DNA from: Octopus sinensis | Lineage: Eukaryota | Assembly (NCBI RefSeq): GCF_006345805.1 | Contig: NW_021832716.1 | Span: 6,823 to 70,822 of the forward strand | Direction of reading: 5' to 3' | Length of the DNA stretch: 64,000 nucleotides | Part shown: positions 62,410 through 64,000 of the stretch, one piece after another | Position numbering within the stretch: the stretch's first letter is position 1 | How the letters are laid out: the number at the start of each line of letters is the position of its first letter | The notes under the pieces: model-generated | Database searches by the model: none | The model's input: the letters and a program-made list of their open reading frames with translations, nothing else | Told to the model about the DNA's origin: nothing | Translations under genes and position numbers: made by a program

Positions 62410-64000
62410 CTAGAAAACGGACATCACTTAAAATTATGAACGGAGAAATGGAATAAATGGAATTAAAAATTATATTCACTTGGTAAAACGAACACTACTT
62501 AAAAATTATGAATGAAACAATGCAATAAAACAACAGACATCGCAAATAGACACAAATTACTACGAATTCCTTAACAAACCTACCATGATAACCAAACTCA
62601 TAAAAACATATAATGATAAAATCTCCCTTACTAAACTCTAACATACCTATATAGCAATCCCCTAACCTAAACATTCACACACAAATACACACACGTAAAC
62701 CACACACCCACGACATATACAAATACCCACACCACTTACACATACCTATAACATACATATAAACCTCAACATATACTCCAAAAACCCAATCAACCCCACA
62801 CAGACAAATAAACACAAAAATTATGAATGGATTCTTTTATAAAACTACCATGATAAGCTAAAACTCACAAAACATAAATGATAAAACCTCCTTTACTAAA
62901 CACTATTAACATACTTATATAGCAATCCCTTTAACCTATACATTCACACACAAATACACCACACGTAAACCACACACCCATAACAAATACAACCCCCACC
63001 CCACTCACACACACCCACAAGTACATATAAGCCTCAACATATACACCAAACAAAATTACTTTACCAAGGAACTTAACAATGTATAAAAAGTATAACCGCT
63101 CTGGAAACGAACATCTTTTAAATAATGAATGGAGAAATGAATAAATGGAATTAAAAATAATATTCACGTGGCAAAACGAACACCACTCAAAAATTATGAA
63201 TGAAACAATGTAATAAAACAACCAACATCGAAAATAGACAATTACCACGAATTCCCTAAAAAAACCATGATAAACCAAAACTCTTAAAAACATATAACGA
63301 TAAAATCTCCCTTTGCTAAACTCTATAACAAACCTATATAGCAATCCCCTAACCTAAACATTCACACACAAATACACACACGTAAACCACAGACCCCGAC
63401 TTATACACATACCTATACTAACTTATAAACCTCAATATACACAAAACCCACTCCCTCCCCACACAGACAAATTAACACATACATCCCAAAACCTAAATAA
63501 CAAACCATATACACATTCACACACAAACACAACAAACGCAAAACACCACACACACAACAGATACATATACTCCCTCACATTACGCATATACATACTCACT
63601 AAACTCGATATATACAACAATATTTACACACCACCCACACTCATACAGATAAATAAATTATACAACTAAAAACTCACCCACAATCTATATACATAAACAC
63701 TCCTATGAAAAAACAATTAAATACATCGTAATTAACCAGAATATCAAAAATAACAATATGACATAAGGAGAAATAAAATACATACTTACAAGTCAGTTTC
63801 AAATTATGAAGTGAAATTAAATTCTTAGCCGTTAAAAAATCAAACCAAAATTACGTTACCATAGAAATATAACTTATGTAAAAAAAGAATACGCGCCATG
63901 GAAAGTAAACGTCATTTAAAATATGAATGGAGAAATAGAATAAATGGAACTAAAAACTATATCCACGTGGCAAACCAACAAAAATTTATTATGAATGGAT
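62410..64000. repeat. Diverged tandem repeat with nested units (about 240-bp subunit, about 690-800-bp period), strongly A/C-rich on +
   Basis: TATGAA.GGAGAAAT..AATAAATGGAA at about 62435, 63125 and 63922; ATAGCAATCCC.TAACCTA.ACATTCACACACAAATAC at about 62650, 62920 and 63340. Confidence 0.75.

Overview
AT-rich, microsatellite-saturated animal genomic DNA; the SINE, LINE and Penelope content is consistent with an octopod cephalopod (inference, not a database result). One host gene is present: a 9-coding-exon, 364-aa low-specificity L-threonine aldolase (THA1/ltaE/GLY1-like) on the + strand at 46229-57252. All its splice sites are GT-AG and the frame is intact, but it lacks the conserved GDDVYG loop and the DxH histidine. 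The rest is mostly transposable elements. There are two Tx1/L1-clade LINE families that appear microsatellite-specific: family A sits in (TC)n as a head-to-tail array at 14760-23320, and family B sits in (GATA)n at 24785-29930 and 39396-39566. Also present are a Penelope-like element (RT plus GIY-YIG, 58113-60404), many Penelope terminal/foldback remnants in (TA)n (several with hammerhead-ribozyme motifs), CR1/L2, RTE and HERO fragments, mariner and DD37D transposons, MITEs, a Helitron, a Helentron-type element and about 20 tRNA-derived SINEs. Most short ORFs in the supplied track are microsatellite artefacts. Many frameshifts fall at homopolymers and may be sequencing errors. Repeat boundaries were read by eye and are approximate.
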